A DNA stretch of 64,000 nucleotides from contig CAZVTT010000001.1 in assembly GCA_964629685.1 (NCBI GenBank), positions 577,319-641,318 of the forward strand, given 5' to 3'. Both the position numbers and the translations under genes were made by a program. The notes below the pieces were generated by a model. The model did no database searches and had not been told where the DNA came from. It saw only the letters and a program-made list of their open reading frames with translations. Shown one piece after another: positions 10,427 through 21,058 of the stretch; position 1 is the first letter of the stretch; every line of letters starts with the position of its first letter. Source of the stretch: an uncultured Gammaproteobacteria bacterium. Lineage in GTDB: Bacteria; Patescibacteriota; Microgenomatia; UBA10105; UBA927.

Positions 10427-12118
10427 ATGTTCAGGCGAATAATACTCTTTAGCCTTTCTATTGCTGTATTCGGATTTTTATTACCACTTAGACCTGTCAA
10501 TGCCGAGCAGATAGAGAACTACGTGGTAAACGCACAGGTACGTACAGACGGTAAGGTAGATATTGTTGAAACAATTACGTATTCATTTGGAAATGAAGAA
10601 AGACATGGTATTTTCCGTACAATTCCTACGCTCAAAGTAAACAAAGAAGGCAAAAAATTTCGTTTAACTTTTGATAATATTTCGGTAGAAGATAATTCCG
10701 GTAAGACATACATGTACACGCGGTCAAATACCGCCAGAGATTTAACATTAAAAATAGGTGATCCTAATCTTTTGATTACCGGAATCCACACATACGTAAT
10801 TTCTTATCAGGTATCCGGTGCCATTACTTACTTTTCCGACCACGATGAGTTTTATTGGAATGTGACTGGGAACGAATGGAACGTTCCTATAGAAAAAATA
10901 CAATTTTCCTTATTGTTTCCACCCGAAGTGAATATGGGTATGGTTCAGGCATATTGTTACACAGGTGAGGCAGGAAGCACGTCTTCCGATTGCAATACAA
11001 GCGTGAATGAAACAGGTACGTCCATTACTTCTGTCGGTCACTTGAACTCATATTCGGGATTAACGGTTTCCGTGAACTTTCCGCGGGATGTCGTAACTGT
11101 CTTAGAACCACAGGAAGTTACGGAGTTTTTTGATACTCCTGTAGGAGCGATGGTTGGGATGTTGATATTTGTGGCTTTGCTCGTAGGGGGATTAATCTGG
11201 TATCTGATACTGCCGTGTTATATTGTATATCTTTGGTGGAAAAACGGTCGTGATCCAAAACCACCTATGGGAGTAGCCCACGCTTGGTTTTCTCCGCCGC
11301 AGGATAAGAAAGGGCGGGCACTTGTTCCCGGTGAAACAGGTGCACTGACTGATGAACAAGTAGATCTACGCGACATTTCGGCGACGATAGTTGATCTTGC
11401 CCGTCGCGGGTATATTACGATTCTCGAGACGGAAAAAAGTCAATTTTCATTTGAAAAAAAACAAGATATACCAAAGAATGATGTGCTATTACCATTTGAA
11501 AAAGAACTGCTAGATGGAATTTTTGCAACAGGCGATGTAATACCTGTTAAAGGAACGGATTTTTCCAAGACCGTATTAGCCGTGAATAAAAAATTATATG
11601 AACAGGTAGTAACGGATGGGTTTTTTGCGCAGAATCCTGAAAAACAGCGGGTCAAATATTACGTTCTCGGAATATTGGCTTTTATGACAGGCAATATACT
11701 CCTTACAATTATCGCGTTTGTATTCGGCCGCTCTATGCCCAAAAAAACGTTATTAGGAGCTCAGCAGGCTTCTATAGGTTTAGCGTTAAGGAATTTTTTG
11801 CGCAGTCAGGATAATTTCTTGACGTTTCAGGCAAAGAATCAGTTATTTTTTGAAAAATTACTTCCGTACGCCGTTGCCTTCGGTGTGGAAAAAATTTGGG
11901 CAGACCGTTTCCGGGATGTGAACATGAAACAGCCCGACTGGTATCGTGGTCAACAAACCAATTTTACGTCGTATGCATTTATTCGGTCACTAGACAGTAG
12001 TTTTACGACGTTTTACCGGTCTGCAACCCCGACATCTTCCTCCAGCGGATTTTCTTCCGGATCATCAGGCGGTTTTTCCGGTGGCGGCGGTGGCGGTGGC
12101 GGTGGTGGAAGCTGGTAA
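10427..12118 (+). CDS. DUF2207-like membrane protein with Gly/Ser-rich C-terminal tail
   Basis: Signal peptide MFRRIILFSLSIAVFGFLL, a central TM pair, and a C-terminal ...SSGGFSGGGGGGGGGGSW tail characteristic of DUF2207 proteins. Confidence 0.65.
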   Translation: MFRRIILFSLSIAVFGFLLPLRPVNAEQIENYVVNAQVRTDGKVDIVETITYSFGNEERHGIFRTIPTLKVNKEGKKFRLTFDNISVEDNSGKTYMYTRSNTARDLTLKIGDPNLLITGIHTYVISYQVSGAITYFSDHDEFYWNVTGNEWNVPIEKIQFSLLFPPEVNMGMVQAYCYTGEAGSTSSDCNTSVNETGTSITSVGHLNSYSGLTVSVNFPRDVVTVLEPQEVTEFFDTPVGAMVGMLIFVALLVGGLIWYLILPCYIVYLWWKNGRDPKPPMGVAHAWFSPPQDKKGRALVPGETGALTDEQVDLRDISATIVDLARRGYITILETEKSQFSFEKKQDIPKNDVLLPFEKELLDGIFATGDVIPVKGTDFSKTVLAVNKKLYEQVVTDGFFAQNPEKQRVKYYVLGILAFMTGNILLTIIAFVFGRSMPKKTLLGAQQASIGLALRNFLRSQDNFLTFQAKNQLFFEKLLPYAVAFGVEKIWADRFRDVNMKQPDWYRGQQTNFTSYAFIRSLDSSFTTFYRSATPTSSSSGFSSGSSGGFSGGGGGGGGGGSW

Positions 12119-12119
12119 T

Positions 12120-12476
12120 CTATTTGTGAGAGTTGTGCTCTTTTTGTATTGTCTGCCAATGATATACATAGAGCGGTACCCCAACCATTATCATAGCTAT
12201 CGCACCGGAAGCATCACGTTGACGTTGCCTTTGGGATTCTTCCGTTTGATATTTTCTCTGTTCCATCTCTAGTCTTTGTTGTTCTTCGTGGGTAATTCCC
12301 GTTGTTTTTCCGTCCGGTGTTATTGTTGCCGGAGTAAAGTAGCCGTACGTATCAGAACCCGGGAACATATATACCTTCAAACCAAGTTCCACCAATCGGA
12401 CACAGCCAACTACCGTAACGAGTAATCCGACAAAAGCAAAAAGGTAAAGATAAATTAAACGGATTTGAATATTCAT
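12120..12476 (-). CDS. small two-TM membrane protein
   Basis: SD AAGGAGG lies 5 nt upstream of ATG 12476 (MNIQIRL...). Two hydrophobic segments flank a charged QQRLEMEQRKYQ region. Confidence 0.5.
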   Translation of the reverse strand: MNIQIRLIYLYLFAFVGLLVTVVGCVRLVELGLKVYMFPGSDTYGYFTPATITPDGKTTGITHEEQQRLEMEQRKYQTEESQRQRQRDASGAIAMIMVGVPLYVYHWQTIQKEHNSHK

Positions 12477-12559
12477 AGCGCCCTCCTTTAATAGTATAAC
12501 CGAAAGCATATTCAATGTTATTAATTTTTTGCGGACTTTGTTAAAATACACTTTTATCT

Positions 12560-13504
12560 ATGGGCTTTCCGGAAATTCCCGTTATTACCATTAAATATAG
12601 AGGTGAAGTGTCCGTTCCTACTGCAACCAACGTACAGGGCGGTATAGATACAGTACTTTCCACCAGTACTCCTGTACTTGCTGCTGGGAAGCATCGGGTA
12701 TTTCAGGTACCGGCTACCCGACCGCACCATCCTACCGCCGAGCATATGGTGTATTGGATTGATTCGCGCAAGCCTGACACCAAGCCTAATAGTTGGCACG
12801 AGCGTTCATGGGAAGACGCAGTAGCTGATTCAGAATTCATGACGGAGTTAGAAAATTACTTCCGTGGATTGCAAGCAAACGATCCGAAGTTGTCCATTTA
12901 TTCGTTCATGGGATTTGTGGCACCGGGTACTGCTGTTGATACCGCTTTTGTCTATGATTTTGGACTTCAGTCCCAGGCTCGATGGCATTGGCATGCTACA
13001 TATCGAATAGACAGAAATGTACAGCACTCCAGAATTTTATCTGTTGATGACGAACGGGATCGGCGTCGAATTGCCGGTGTTTTAAATTTGGCTGGGGAGG
13101 CGAGTATCAAACAATTCGGTTCACAGCTGGAATCGTTCGGTGAACGACTAATCTATAAACAACATATAGGTATTGCGGAAGCATTAGAGGTTTCAAGAAC
13201 TATCTTTGGGTTTTCTACATTAGAAACTGCCGTTAGTTCGGCTCTCTCATTGCAATCTATGGTTAAACAAGATTGGCTCGAACATGCATATCAGTTAGCC
13301 GGCGAGACTACTAGTTTATCTCACGTACTGCTTTCACATATGCAAAGTTATGTTCCGAACATGACTATCATTTTACCCTCTCTTGCTGATAGGGAAACGG
13401 GCAATGTGAATTCTCAGAATCAATTCTGGGTTGTGCCATTCTCAATTTCCGGTGCGCAAAGTATGTTGGCGCCAGGTGGTGCATATTTACTGCCATCACC
13501 GTAA
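12560..13504 (+). CDS. hypothetical protein
   Basis: Long ORF (314 aa) with protein-like composition. No recognisable motif. Confidence 0.4.
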   Translation: MGFPEIPVITIKYRGEVSVPTATNVQGGIDTVLSTSTPVLAAGKHRVFQVPATRPHHPTAEHMVYWIDSRKPDTKPNSWHERSWEDAVADSEFMTELENYFRGLQANDPKLSIYSFMGFVAPGTAVDTAFVYDFGLQSQARWHWHATYRIDRNVQHSRILSVDDERDRRRIAGVLNLAGEASIKQFGSQLESFGERLIYKQHIGIAEALEVSRTIFGFSTLETAVSSALSLQSMVKQDWLEHAYQLAGETTSLSHVLLSHMQSYVPNMTIILPSLADRETGNVNSQNQFWVVPFSISGAQSMLAPGGAYLLPSP

Positions 13505-13523
13505 GGCAAGGACGGCTGGAAAA

Positions 13524-14081
13524 TTATTTTTGGCCGAATTCGAATACTGCAAAGTATCCATGAATGCTGCCGCATCCCCGATTGAATGCAGCATTCAACA
13601 TAGCTTCCCTATGCCCCTGGTTAGAAGTTCCCCAACTGGTATTTACAATATCTCCTGCAGTCCAGGCAGTGGAAGCGGTATGGATAATCTCCCCCCAAGC
13701 TTTAAAGCGGTTAGATATTTCTCCGACATACTGTTGGTATCCCTGATGTTGGTCTAATTTCCCCAGACCTGCTAACTCCCGAGTTCTCGCGATAGCCACT
13801 TTACATAAATAATCATCGGATAATAGTGGAGATAATTGTTGCGTGGTCCTGAATGTATTAACTGAACGTAATAAATCCCCTGATCCGGTTTGGGTTACGG
13901 GTGAAGGAATTGGTTTAGGCTTAGGCTTTGGTGTTGGAGTGACAGTAGGAGTGTTTGTTGGAGTATTCGTAGGTGGTGTGGTTGGCAAAGGAGCTGATAT
14001 TGCGGAAACAGGTAAAGTTTCCGTAGGAAAAAATTGTTTTGTTATGAGATTCCAGAGCACTACCAGAATTGCCGCATTCAT
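13524..14081 (-). CDS. secreted CAP/SCP (YkwD-like) domain protein with Pro/Thr-rich linker
   Basis: Signal peptide, then a PTNTPTNTPTVTPTPKPKPKP linker. The C-terminal domain has SWGTSNQGHREAMLN...CGS, resembling the CAP-domain HxxN motif. Confidence 0.55.
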   Translation of the reverse strand: MNAAILVVLWNLITKQFFPTETLPVSAISAPLPTTPPTNTPTNTPTVTPTPKPKPKPIPSPVTQTGSGDLLRSVNTFRTTQQLSPLLSDDYLCKVAIARTRELAGLGKLDQHQGYQQYVGEISNRFKAWGEIIHTASTAWTAGDIVNTSWGTSNQGHREAMLNAAFNRGCGSIHGYFAVFEFGQK

Positions 14082-14116
14082 GAACTATCGGTGGGGCAGA
14101 ATCAACCTGGGGGCAG

Positions 14117-14692
14117 TTACCGAATATATTGACGGAAGAAATCCAGATACCGTGTATAAAAAGTATACACAAGATACCCATTGAGTACCATAAGCATAGG
14201 GAAAATAATTGTCTTTTCTACCATGCCTCCTGTTTTTACCCGTAGTCGTTTAATTGGAGGTATTCCGAATTTCCATGGCAAAGGAAACAGTAACGGTTCA
14301 CCCTCAATGGTTAATAGATCGATAACTATGTGAGACACGAAACCGGACATGAATGCCCACCAAACGATATCCATGTCTACGAGAACAATACCTGATACTT
14401 TTGTCAGTACCCATTCCGTCAGCCAACCAGTTATATAAATTCCGACAAATGAATGGGAGATCATTCTATGACTTCCGAGTATGGGAGTAATCAGTCTACC
14501 TATAATATTACCGGCAGGGAGTCTGCGCCATAAATCAGCCGTTGGTTGATCTATATCCGGAGTCAGTCCGCCAATGAATGTTGCCCCCAACGCAGTAACG
14601 AGCGTTGCGAGTGTCATGGTCGGAATCGGCTGTGTTACGAATAATAAATTTATTGCCGTAAACGCGGCTAAGTCATGTGTTCTGCCTGTCAT
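14117..14692 (-). CDS. membrane-bound metal-dependent hydrolase (YdjM/DUF457-like)
   Basis: MTGRTHDLAAF N-terminus, multiple TM segments and His residues typical of DUF457. Confidence 0.55.
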   Translation of the reverse strand: MTGRTHDLAAFTAINLLFVTQPIPTMTLATLVTALGATFIGGLTPDIDQPTADLWRRLPAGNIIGRLITPILGSHRMISHSFVGIYITGWLTEWVLTKVSGIVLVDMDIVWWAFMSGFVSHIVIDLLTIEGEPLLFPLPWKFGIPPIKRLRVKTGGMVEKTIIFPMLMVLNGYLVYTFYTRYLDFFRQYIR

Positions 14693-14727
14693 AGCCTTCA
14701 GCCTATCACATTCGCTATACTCGTGTC

Positions 14728-15453
14728 ATGAATTACGCAAATGATGTGCTCCGTGAGTTAGCGAAACATAAGAACGCGGTTAAAGCAAAAAATTCATCGT
14801 GGTTTTTTAAATGTGCACCCGGAGAGTATGGCGAGGGTGATATATTTTGGGGTATCGCCGTTTCAATACAGCGGTCAATAGCAACACGGTATAAAGAAAT
14901 ACCGCTTACAGCAATTCATCGGTTACTTTCCAGTCCTGTTCATGAAGTTCGGCTTACGGCAGTATTTATACTCGTTATACAATACCGGAAAAGTAATCTA
15001 TTGAAGAAAAAAGAGTATGTAGATTTTTATTTAGACCACCTGAGATATATAAATAATTGGGATTTGGTAGATTCGTCGGCAGCATCTATTTTGGGTGATT
15101 ATTTAACGGATAAGCCAAAAGAAATATTACAAACGCTGGCGAGATCCTCCGTGGTTTGGGATAGAAGAATTGCCATGCTTTCAACGTTTGCGTGTATTAA
15201 ACGACGTGATTATGTGGATGCGCTAAACATCGCGGAAATATTGTTACAAGATAACCATGATTTGATTCAGAAAGCAGTAGGATGGATGCTTCGGGAGATA
15301 GGAAATAGAGATTACATCACTGAAGTAAATTTTTTGGATTCGTATGCAGCTACTATACCAAGGACTACGTTACGGTATGCAATTGAAAAATTACCTCGAT
15401 CTATCAGGGAAAAGTACTTGTTAGTTAAACGTATACGTAGGGAAGTCAGATAG
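14728..15453 (+). CDS. DNA alkylation repair enzyme (AlkD/AlkC-like HEAT-repeat protein)
   Basis: Length about 240 aa with helical repeat composition. WDLVDSSA and W...REIGNRD motifs are typical of the DNA_alkylation family. Confidence 0.65.
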   Translation: MNYANDVLRELAKHKNAVKAKNSSWFFKCAPGEYGEGDIFWGIAVSIQRSIATRYKEIPLTAIHRLLSSPVHEVRLTAVFILVIQYRKSNLLKKKEYVDFYLDHLRYINNWDLVDSSAASILGDYLTDKPKEILQTLARSSVVWDRRIAMLSTFACIKRRDYVDALNIAEILLQDNHDLIQKAVGWMLREIGNRDYITEVNFLDSYAATIPRTTLRYAIEKLPRSIREKYLLVKRIRREVR

Positions 15454-15533
15454 TACTAGAGTATTTTACTGGGGAATGGGCAGACTATTTAAATACGGGG
15501 TATAATACCGTATTCAAGAGTGGCTGAATATAT

Positions 15534-16373
15534 TTGAGTGGCTGTATGAAATCCAGTTCCGGGAAACGCTATCAACGGTTAAACGTACAGAAAAGAAAAT
15601 CATCTTTTAAAGGTGCGGTTTCACCTGTTTATACCTCCTGGCACCAAGTAGGTGACTGGTACAATAATTTAGTCGGATCAAAGGGTCAATACTACCATAA
15701 TCACGTAGTGTTACCCGGAGTTATAAGGTTGTTGCATTTGGATAGTCAGGACAGTCTGCTGGATATTGGTTGTGGGCAAGGAGTATTGGCTAGACATATT
15801 CAGAAAAGTGTATTGTATACCGGTGTAGATGCCGCTCCATCGTTGATAGCTTCCGCAAAACAGTATGATAGGAGTCAGACACACGAATACTTTGTCGCAG
15901 ACGCGACTAAGCCTTTACCGTTAAAGCCGCAAATATTTACCCATGTAGCTATTGTGTTATCGATGCAGAATATTGAATTTCCGGATCGCGTAATGGAATC
16001 TATCAGACCCTTCGTTACCCGCGGAACAGTCGTAGTACTGGTGTTAAATCATCCTGGTTTTCGCATCCCCAGACAAAGTAGTTGGGGAATTGATGAAGAA
16101 AATAAATTGCAGTATAGGAAAATAAACAGATATATGACCCCGCAAAAAATTCCGATTACCATGCACCCCGGATCAGGATCATCAGCAATGACATGGTCTT
16201 TTCATCAACCGATTTCCTACTATGTTACTTTGTTTACGTCCAGAAATTACATGTTGTCGGCGATGGAAGAATGGGTTTCGGATAAGGAAAGCGTCGGTGG
16301 TGCAGCCCGAATGGAAAATAGAGCCCGGAGTGAATTCCCTTTGTTTTTGGCAATGAAATTTATTTGTCGGTAA
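15534..16373 (+). CDS. class I SAM-dependent methyltransferase
   Basis: Motif I LLDIGCGQGVLARH and acidic post-I residues. Confidence 0.6.
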   Translation: MSGCMKSSSGKRYQRLNVQKRKSSFKGAVSPVYTSWHQVGDWYNNLVGSKGQYYHNHVVLPGVIRLLHLDSQDSLLDIGCGQGVLARHIQKSVLYTGVDAAPSLIASAKQYDRSQTHEYFVADATKPLPLKPQIFTHVAIVLSMQNIEFPDRVMESIRPFVTRGTVVVLVLNHPGFRIPRQSSWGIDEENKLQYRKINRYMTPQKIPITMHPGSGSSAMTWSFHQPISYYVTLFTSRNYMLSAMEEWVSDKESVGGAARMENRARSEFPLFLAMKFICR

Positions 16374-16481
16374 TACGTTTATACCTCTTCTCATATCGTT
16401 TATCCGCTGTTTTACCGTATATAAAATATATTAGAAAGTTCCCTCTGGACAACATCGGAAAAAGGAGTACGATGAGAATGT

Positions 16482-17666
16482 ATGTTTTGCCTGTCATCAA
16501 AACGACGGGGTTCTCTTTTATTTTTAATTTTCTTCTTTTCTTTTTCCTTGCTTAGCAGTGTTCCTGCAGTAAGCGCTAAGGGCGATTCCCAATTAGAAAA
16601 CGTTGTTGTAATGGCCAAAACTGAAACAGTAAATCATGACTACTTTGGAGCAGGCGACACGGTAACTATTTCCGGTGTTGTGAACGGCGATGCGTATGTT
16701 GCCGGACGCAGTGTGATTATAGAGGGGACGATTAACGGAGATCTGCTTGCTGCCGGCGGACAGATTACTATTCGGGGTACAGTGTCGCAAAATGTACGGG
16801 CTGCAGCGGGTGAAATTGTAGTGTCCGGCTCGGTTGGGAGAAATATAACTGCCGCTGCCGGCACCTTTACGATTTCTGATGGAGCGACCGTTCTCGGTAA
16901 TGTTGTTGCTGGTGCCGGTAATATATCACTGCTGGCTCCGATTCTAAAAGATGTCACGGTAGGGGCCGGTACGGCAATGGTAGGTACTGCAATCGGCGGA
17001 AATTTAACGGCCGGTGTGAACTCGTTAGTATTAACACCGAGTGCTAGTATCGGTGGAACCCTTCAGTATTGGAGTGACGAACAGGCACAAATTGCGACAG
17101 GCGCTACGGTAAGCGGCGGGATAGTTCAGAAAACAATTCCGAAAGATCCCGCGCCTAGTACCAGCGAGATAGCTGAAAATAAATCCGCTCAGACGGCCAT
17201 GAAAGCATTTGGGTTTCTTTCCGCAATGTTGGTGGGAGTATTAATATTGGGTATTTTCCCGGCTTTCTCTCACAGAACCGCACAGACTATTATTGAGCGA
17301 CCGCTGCAGAGTTTAGGATTAGGTTTTGTTTTATTGATCGGTATTCCGGCAATGTGCGTATTTCTAATGGTTACGGTAATAGGAATTCCGTTGGCGTTAA
17401 TCGTCTTTGCGTTATACCTAAAATCGTTGTACCTTACAAAAATATTTGTTTCCTTAACTCTTGGCTTATTTCTGCTCCGTCAATTCGATAAAAAATGGCA
17501 TATAGTTTGGACTTTTATTATTGGATTAATGGTGTTTACCATGTTAACCTGGGTACCATTTTTGGGTGGTCTGGTTTCATTTGTTTCCCTACTTTTGGGA
17601 TTGGGTAGCTTTGTTCTTGAAGAGCACAAAACTATCGTTTCGCTTCGTAAAAAAGAGATTTTATAA
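16482..17666 (+). CDS. bactofilin-like (polymer-forming) beta-helix protein with C-terminal membrane domain
   Basis: Signal peptide, then repetitive G-rich beta-helix turns (GDAYVAGRSVIIEGTINGDLLAAGGQITIRGTV...) typical of bactofilin/DUF583. Ends with four TM helices. Start ambiguous between 16472 and 16482. Confidence 0.6.
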   Translation: MFCLSSKRRGSLLFLIFFFSFSLLSSVPAVSAKGDSQLENVVVMAKTETVNHDYFGAGDTVTISGVVNGDAYVAGRSVIIEGTINGDLLAAGGQITIRGTVSQNVRAAAGEIVVSGSVGRNITAAAGTFTISDGATVLGNVVAGAGNISLLAPILKDVTVGAGTAMVGTAIGGNLTAGVNSLVLTPSASIGGTLQYWSDEQAQIATGATVSGGIVQKTIPKDPAPSTSEIAENKSAQTAMKAFGFLSAMLVGVLILGIFPAFSHRTAQTIIERPLQSLGLGFVLLIGIPAMCVFLMVTVIGIPLALIVFALYLKSLYLTKIFVSLTLGLFLLRQFDKKWHIVWTFIIGLMVFTMLTWVPFLGGLVSFVSLLLGLGSFVLEEHKTIVSLRKKEIL

Positions 17667-17718
17667 TTCCTCACTTTTCCGCCAAAATATTTGATTTCTG
17701 TGCTATACTGGCCTCAAT

Positions 17719-18876
17719 ATGAATACAACAACTCTTTCCCGTCTGACGGCATTTCTGGAACCTGTTTCGTCTGTTCAAACAACTCATCCTGAAACGACCG
17801 TCGGGGCAGCCCTACTGCTGGCAAAGTCAACACATGACGCAGTATTTGTATACGAGGATGAATTATTTCTGGGTTTAATTTCTCCGTCGGAAGTTGTATA
17901 TCACAATAAATACCCACACACGACAAAGGTTAGAGATGGCTTGCTTCATGCACCTCATCTGCACGAGCAGTCAACTGTTTTTGACGCATTAGGATACATG
18001 ATGGCGCTTAGGGTATACGTGTTACCCGTATTAGGGGAGAATAAAAAAGTGGTCGGAGTAGTCCGTGCGCGCAATATTATTGCGGGTGTATGCAAAGATC
18101 CTGAAGTATTACGGGAAATTGCAGCTCAGATAAGAGTGCGTCAGCCGTTAACTATTGATAAAAACTCGCTTGTAAAAGATGCGTATGCAAAATTAAAAAT
18201 AGAAAAAGTGGCACGATTAATCGTGGTAGACGCGATGTTAAAAGTCGTTGGTATTATTAGTCGTGCTGATCTGGCTACCGCATTTATGGATTCCGGATCT
18301 AAGCAGCGATTCTCAGGCCGAAAAGGGAAAGCCAGTTCGGTAACATCGTTTAATGAAGAGAAAATAAAGAAAACAGACGCACCTGTTGGAAATTTTTCAA
18401 GCAGCCTGGTGTTTACGGTACCGTTCAAAACGTCAAACGAAAAAGTAATTCAGCAACTTCTGGCACAGGAGTTTAATTGTGTGGTGCTTATTGATGATGA
18501 TCAAAAGCCTCAGGGATTTTTATCCTTGCGCGATATCCTGGGAGCAGTGCATGCCTTAGAACAAGGTCGGGAAATATCCATAGTGATAACGAAGCATGAA
18601 TCGATAACGGATGCACAGTCTTACGAAGTCGAAACGCTGGTGCGCAGATTCGGAGAAAAATTTGCAAAAAGATTGTCATTCGATTATTTAAGAGTCGCTA
18701 TCGGTGAACAGAAATCAAATAGCGGTAAGGCGTTAGGATACCTGATTACGTTTTCCATTAAAGGTATGAGTGGAGATGATATTGTTGCTCACGCCGAGCA
18801 TAAGCAGCTGGACACTGCTACCCGTCAGGCGTTGGAAAAAGCTGAACGTCAGTTGGGAAAAACAAAATCAAAATAG
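17719..18876 (+). CDS. CBS domain-containing protein
   Basis: Two CBS-pair-like segments (e.g. VVRARNIIAGV, VVDAMLKVVGIISRADL). Length 385 aa. Confidence 0.6.
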   Translation: MNTTTLSRLTAFLEPVSSVQTTHPETTVGAALLLAKSTHDAVFVYEDELFLGLISPSEVVYHNKYPHTTKVRDGLLHAPHLHEQSTVFDALGYMMALRVYVLPVLGENKKVVGVVRARNIIAGVCKDPEVLREIAAQIRVRQPLTIDKNSLVKDAYAKLKIEKVARLIVVDAMLKVVGIISRADLATAFMDSGSKQRFSGRKGKASSVTSFNEEKIKKTDAPVGNFSSSLVFTVPFKTSNEKVIQQLLAQEFNCVVLIDDDQKPQGFLSLRDILGAVHALEQGREISIVITKHESITDAQSYEVETLVRRFGEKFAKRLSFDYLRVAIGEQKSNSGKALGYLITFSIKGMSGDDIVAHAEHKQLDTATRQALEKAERQLGKTKSK

Positions 18877-18933
18877 TCGCTTTGTACGCGATTTAACTTA
18901 CTTGTCTTGTTATTTTTTATACTGTGAAGACGT

Positions 18934-19650
18934 ATGTCTTTACAGACTAAAAGCATAAAACGCGGATTCACTATTACTGCGTTGCCTCCCAAAGAACGTC
19001 CACGGGAACGGTTATTTGTTTATGGGCCGGCCGTACTCTCCGCAACAGAACTGGTTGCTGTAGTACTTAGTCGGGGAATTGCAGGTGAGTCCGTATTAAT
19101 TACAGCACGAAAGTTATTGGAGCGTTTTGGATCTCTCGAAGGGTTGTCCCAAGCATCAGTCGAAGATATTCGTATCCAAAAAGGGCTTGGAACGGCAAAG
19201 ACCGCTCAGATTCTAGCCTGCATGGAAATCGGGAGGCGGGTTTCCAATGCTATCGCGGTTGGTAAAACGGCAACCGCGGTTAAATCAGCAGAGGATGTAG
19301 CGGTGTATGTTCGGCCGATTATTATGCAATTTTCCAAAGAGCATTGTGTTTTAGTTTCATTGGATAGTAGAAAACATGTAATTGCCGTAGATACGGTATC
19401 GGTTGGTACGTTAACTGCCAGCCTGGTTCATCCCAGGGAAATATTTGAAACGGCGATCCGGCGACATGCGGCAAGTGTGGTCCTGGCACATAATCATCCC
19501 TCCGGTGATCCAACTCCCTCAAGAGCAGATATGGAAGTAACCCGTACCCTGAGGCAGGCTGGGAAAATATTGGATATAGAACTTGTAGATCATGTTATTG
19601 TTACCAAGAATCAGGCTGTTAGTCTGCGGGCACTGGGAATAATAAATTAA
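18934..19650 (+). CDS. radC: RadC-family JAB/MPN domain protein
   Basis: HNHPSGDPTPSRAD is a JAMM motif. N-terminal HhH region GLGTAKTAQILA. Length 238 aa. Confidence 0.85.
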   Translation: MSLQTKSIKRGFTITALPPKERPRERLFVYGPAVLSATELVAVVLSRGIAGESVLITARKLLERFGSLEGLSQASVEDIRIQKGLGTAKTAQILACMEIGRRVSNAIAVGKTATAVKSAEDVAVYVRPIIMQFSKEHCVLVSLDSRKHVIAVDTVSVGTLTASLVHPREIFETAIRRHAASVVLAHNHPSGDPTPSRADMEVTRTLRQAGKILDIELVDHVIVTKNQAVSLRALGIIN

Positions 19651-19717
19651 GTATGAAAGAAACCTTCTAGATGACGTCCTACCCGGTATATAGGTATAAT
19701 CGTCATACGTCATCTGT

Positions 19718-20980
19718 ATGTCTGTCTCTGAAAAACATATCCATTCAAAGTTCGCTCACACCGGTAAAAGAGTTGATCCGGATGATCGCAATACAAAATC
19801 TGTGCGGACTTTCCGGTCGGGGAAACCGGTTCCCTGGATTGGTTTTATTCTTGGTGCATTACTTCTGGTATCAGGCCTGGCTGCATTATTCTTTTTTAGT
19901 CAAACGGTAAATATAGTTAGCCCTATTGTTCAGAAACCAGGGGAAACTCCGACGCCGACTCCGGATCCTCTCGCGCCAAAAAATTTTTTGATTATGGGAT
20001 ATGGCGGAGGCAAACACGAAGGTGGTAGATTAACCGATACGATTATAGTTGTCCGTTTGATTCCCAAACTGAAAAAGGCGGTATTGATTACGATACCGCG
20101 CGATCTGTGGGTTTCGCTTCCTATAACGGATTCCGGATTAACACCGTATAAAATTAATGCAGCTTTCGCTATTGGGAGCGATGACCGTAATTACCCGAAT
20201 AAGCCATCAGAGTATACCGGTACTCACTCGGGTGGAAAAATGGCAAAATTTGTATTAGGTGAAGTTTTGGGTATGCCGATCGATTATTATGTGGCTATTA
20301 GTTTTGCCGGGTTTAAAAAAGCCATCAGTACACTGGGAGACTTAGAAATTGATGTTCCGTATACATTTACGGATGCGTATTACCCCGTTGAAGGAAAAGA
20401 AACCGAATCCTGTGATCGGACTCCGGAAGATATTTCTCAACTTACGGCAACAATGTCGGGTTTTGAGTTGGAAAAGCAATTCGGCTGCCGGTTTGAATCA
20501 ATTACTTTCACCAGGGGAAAACAGTTAATGGATGCCGATACGGCGTTAAAATTCGTTAGATCCAGACATTCCGGCACGGATGGCGGTGATTTCGGAAGGT
20601 CTCAACGGCAAGCCGCACTTATTAAAGCCTTTAGAAATAAAGTACTTTCGGTTGATGCGGTTCCAAAGTTAATTCCCTTGCTTAAAGATGTGAGTGAGAT
20701 CGTTGAAACTGACATTACCGCCGGTGACATGGCCAGATTTATTCAACTGTATAGTGATTATTCTACATACAAAGTCATAACTGTAAGTTTGACTGACCAA
20801 AATGTACTGGGTCAATCCACAGGTCCCGCAGGGCAATACATATTGATTCCTAAAGCAGGTGATGGAAATTGGCAGGAATTACGGGATTTTATTCAACGGG
20901 GTATAGATGAAATTAGTCCCACTTCCACCCCGACAGCGACTCCGTCCGGGATCAGAAAGTCAACGATTCAACTCAAGTAG
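19718..20980 (+). CDS. LytR-CpsA-Psr (LCP) family cell-envelope phosphotransferase
   Basis: N-terminal TM helix. RLTDTIIVVRL...ITIPRD are LCP core motifs. Confidence 0.8.
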   Translation: MSVSEKHIHSKFAHTGKRVDPDDRNTKSVRTFRSGKPVPWIGFILGALLLVSGLAALFFFSQTVNIVSPIVQKPGETPTPTPDPLAPKNFLIMGYGGGKHEGGRLTDTIIVVRLIPKLKKAVLITIPRDLWVSLPITDSGLTPYKINAAFAIGSDDRNYPNKPSEYTGTHSGGKMAKFVLGEVLGMPIDYYVAISFAGFKKAISTLGDLEIDVPYTFTDAYYPVEGKETESCDRTPEDISQLTATMSGFELEKQFGCRFESITFTRGKQLMDADTALKFVRSRHSGTDGGDFGRSQRQAALIKAFRNKVLSVDAVPKLIPLLKDVSEIVETDITAGDMARFIQLYSDYSTYKVITVSLTDQNVLGQSTGPAGQYILIPKAGDGNWQELRDFIQRGIDEISPTSTPTATPSGIRKSTIQLK

Positions 20981-21058
20981 TCGGTTAACGTAAGGAAGAA
21001 TAATAACCTATAATATGATATACTATGATGTTCGTTTGTACCTACAAGCGAAAATAGT

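Noticed and set aside
12081-12118. GGT/GGC run (ggtggcggcggtggcggtggcggtggtgga) at the 3' end of the DUF2207 gene as a possible slipped-strand phase-variation tract.
   Set aside because: The repeat is imperfect (mixed GGT/GGC), in frame, and simply encodes the poly-Gly tail typical of this family.
12554-12799. 81-aa minus-strand ORF overlapping the start of the 314-aa plus-strand ORF.
   Set aside because: It overlaps a longer ORF on the opposite strand and has no SD or recognisable features. The longer ORF was preferred, although it is itself only moderately supported.
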